NCBI GenBank assembly: GCA_963823035.1 | Contig: CAWGKG010000014.1 | Location: 320,001-384,000, forward strand | DNA length: 64,000 nucleotides | Direction: 5' to 3' | Source of the DNA: an uncultured Gemmatimonadales bacterium | Lineage (GTDB): Bacteria > Gemmatimonadota > Gemmatimonadetes > Longimicrobiales > Gaopeijiaceae | Shown here: positions 61,221 through 64,000 of the stretch, piece after piece | How positions within the stretch are numbered: position 1 is the stretch's first letter | Layout of the letters: every line of letters begins with the position of its first letter | Notes under the pieces: model-generated | What the model saw: the letters and a program-made list of their open reading frames with translations, nothing else | What the model was told of the DNA's origin: nothing | The model's database searches: none | Program-made: the position numbers and the translations under genes

Positions 61221-61520
61221 CTACAGCCTCACGCCCTCCCACATCTCCGTGAGCGCGCGCTGCGTGTCACGCAGCGCCTCCCGACCGGCCGGCCGCACGG
61301 CGAAGTACTTCCTCGCGCGTCCGCCGCGCTCCGCGGTCGACTCGCCCATCCGGTGCGACACGAAGCCCTTCCGCCCCAGCCGGTCGAGCGTGGTGTACAC
61401 GGCGCCGTACGAGACCTCCCGCCCCGTACGTCGCTCGATCTCCTCGCGCACCTCCATCCCGTAGGCGTCGTTTCCGAGGCGCAGGAGCGCGAGGAGGACC
61501 AACTGCTCGAACTCGCCCAT
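61221..61520 (-). CDS. PadR-family regulator
   Basis: MGEFEQLVLLALLRL..AYG..GAVYTTLDRL..GGRARKYF. Confidence 0.92.
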   Translation of the reverse strand: MGEFEQLVLLALLRLGNDAYGMEVREEIERRTGREVSYGAVYTTLDRLGRKGFVSHRMGESTAERGGRARKYFAVRPAGREALRDTQRALTEMWEGVRL

Positions 61521-61523
61521 CGT

Positions 61524-63934
61524 CTACTCCGACCTGAGGGCGATCACGGGAGGCACGCGCACGGCGCGCAGCGCGGGGAGCGTCGACGCCGCCACGGCCA
61601 CGAGGGCCAGCGTCACGCATCCGCCCACGAGCGTGAGCACGTCGAGCGCCCGGATGCCGTACACGACGCCCTCCAGCACCTTCGTGCTGGCCCACACCCC
61701 CAGGAGGCCGATGCCGACGCCCCAGATGGCGAGCCGGAAGCCGCGGCGAACCACGAGCGCCATGATGCCCGATCCTCCCGCCCCCAGGGCGATCCGGATG
61801 CCGAGCTCGCGCACGCGTCGCGCCACGAAGTAGGACACGGTTCCATACACGCCGGCCGCGGCCAGGAAGAGCGCGGCCAGGGCGAAGAGCCCGATCAGCG
61901 TGGTGTAGAAGCGCCGCTGCGCGAAGGTGCGCTCGACGCGCGCCGACATGGTCTGCACGTCCGCGGGTGGCTGCGCGGGGTCGACCGCCAGGATCGCCTC
62001 GCGGATGCGCGGCACGATCGCAGAGGGGTCGCCGGCCGTGCGCACGGTCAAGTAGCTCGCCGTGGTCCATCCCTTCGTGAAGGGGAAGTACGCCTGACCG
62101 TGGGCACCTTGCTCGGGCCCCCACTGGCGCACGTCACCGACCACGCCGACCACGGTGAGCCAGTTCGGCGGATCGTCGTCGAAGCTGAACCGCTTGCCGA
62201 GCGGGTCCTCCCCGGGCCACGCCTCGTCGGCGAGGGCCTGGTTGACGACCACCCCGGTGGCCGCGGAGGCCGAGTCCTCGGGGAGAAGCAGCCGCCCCTT
62301 CAGAAGCGGGATCTGCATCGTCCGAAGTAGTCCCCCGTGACGCTCACCACTTCCACGAGCGGCCCTTCACCGGCGTTCTGCCTGGGAGGTGTGCCCTCCA
62401 CCCAGACGTTGCCGTTGCTCCCGCCGAAGAGGGGGAGGCGCGACACCGTACCGACGCTCTCTACGCCGGGGATCGCTCCGACGCGCTGCAGCACCTGGTC
62501 GTAGAAGGAGACCAGCGCCTCGTTCTCGCGGTAGCGCGGGCCGGCCGGGCTTAGGGACATCGTGACGACACCGTCCGCCTCGAAGCCGTAGGCCTGGCCG
62601 CGCAGGTGGGCATAGCTGCGCACGAGCAGCGCGGCCCCGTTGGCGAGCACCAACCCGAGCGCGATCTGCCCGACGATGAAGGCGTCGCGCAGACGCTCCT
62701 TCGTGGGTGCGAGCGTCGCGTACCCGCCCTCGCGCACATTCGCGGCGAGGTTCGTGCGCGACGCGAGGAGCGCCGGCACCATCCCGAAGAGAAGCGCCGT
62801 GATCGCCGACGCCCCGAGGGCGAAGCCCAACGCCCACCCGTCCATCCGGATCTGGTCGATGCGTGGGATGGACGGCGGGAGCACCGCCTTGAGGCCGTCG
62901 ACGGCCGCCAGCGAGAGAAGCAGGCCACCCACGCCACCCAGGACGGCCAGCACCAGCGCCTCGGAGAAGAGGAGCCGGACCATCGCCCGTCGGCTCGCGC
63001 CCAGCGCCGCGCGCACGGCCAGCTCGGTCTCGCGCCCGGCCGCCCGCGCGAGGAGGAGCCCCGCCACGTTGCCACACGCGATCAGTAGCACCACCCCCGC
63101 CGCCCCCAGAATCATCCCGAGCTGCTTGCCCACGTCACCGAAGAGGTACTCGTGGACCGTGAAGATCTTCGTGCTCCGATCCTGGTTCGTCAGCGGATAC
63201 TCCTGCGCGAGCTGGCGCATCACGCCGTCCATGTCGGCCTGCGCCGCCTCCTTCGTGACGCCGGGCGCCAGGCGCGCGATCACGGGAAAGCCGTGGCTGC
63301 CGCGGTTGCCCTTCAGGCGCTCGTTCGGGAAGGGGACGTAGAGCCGGTACCCCCCGAACCGCATCCACGGCGACGGGACGTCGAACCCCTCCGGCATCAC
63401 CCCCACCACGGTGTACGCCTCGCCGTTGAGCTCGAGCGAGGAGCCGAGCACGTCCGCGCGACCACCGAGCTGGTTCTGCCACATCGCCCAGCTGAGCACG
63501 ACCACGTTCGGCGCGTCCTGGTCCTCGGGCAGCAGCGCACGCCCCATGAGCGGAGCCACGCCGAGGAACCCGAACACGCTCGCGGTCACGTGCGTCCCGG
63601 TGACCCGTTCCGGCTCGGGCATCGACGTGAGCGTGAAGACGCCCGGGTTGAGCGCCCCGAGCCCGGCGAACGAGCGGCTGCGCTCCCGCCAGTCCAGGTA
63701 GTCGGGGCCGGACGCCGGTCCACAGCAGCCGAAGCCTCCCTGCTCCATGATGACGACCAGCTCGCCTGAATCCGGGAGAGGGATCGGCTCGAGGAAGACC
63801 GCCCGGAACACCCCGAACAGCGCGGTGGTCGCCCCCACGCCAAGGGCGAGCGTCACCAGCACGGTGAGCGAGAAGCCGGGCCGCCTGCGCAGCGCCCGGA
63901 AGGCCAACCCGCCGTCCCTCGTCCAAGCACCCAT
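61524..63934 (-). CDS. ADOP/MacB-like duplicated ABC permease; frameshift near 62323; true start may lie further upstream
   Basis: RALRRRPGFSLTVLVTLALGVGATT, IACGNVAG, RVRELGIRIALGA. Confidence 0.88.
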
Positions 63935-64000
63935 CCGTTCCCCCTTCCCCTCGGCTCCTCTCCACGTGTCCCGGAGCCGTCCGGCCGCATGCCGGAGCCC

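Overview
GC-rich bacterial window. The gene content (ADOP-type permeases with PadR regulators, a 'KHGRRVAVKVLRPE' Ser/Thr kinase, a PEP-CTERM protein) suggests Gemmatimonadota, but this is inference. Housekeeping genes include tRNA-Lys(UUU), a pat/acs pair, rnhB-rplS-[M28 peptidase]-trmD-rimM-rpsP, ffh, tamB-tamA, valS and purA, plus four ADOP/MacB-like permeases and three PadR genes. About ten single-base frameshifts, some in housekeeping genes, look like long-read indel errors. The usually adjacent ffh and rpsP are separated by about 24 kb. Its + strand half (13190-30551) is a candidate conflict/cell-death island: CHAT-iSTAND protease, MoxR AAA+ ATPase, and a 2460-aa vWA protein carrying a periplasmic PEGA/CsgG/WD40 insert and a C-terminal T6SS TssM(IcmF)-like region without its NTPase domain. 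These are followed by a membrane Ser/Thr kinase-TPR protein, a 77-aa peptide made of five 13-aa GREGA repeats, and a metacaspase-DUF4384-lipase fusion. The - strand half includes a putative metal-sensing leader peptide (CxxHC ... SPPPRG) ahead of a porin / His-membrane protein / FMN-bind-like operon. Several promoter, operator and terminator motifs are visible, including a sigma54 promoter and a terminator inside the purA leader. All domain calls come from reading motifs by eye; no database searches were run.
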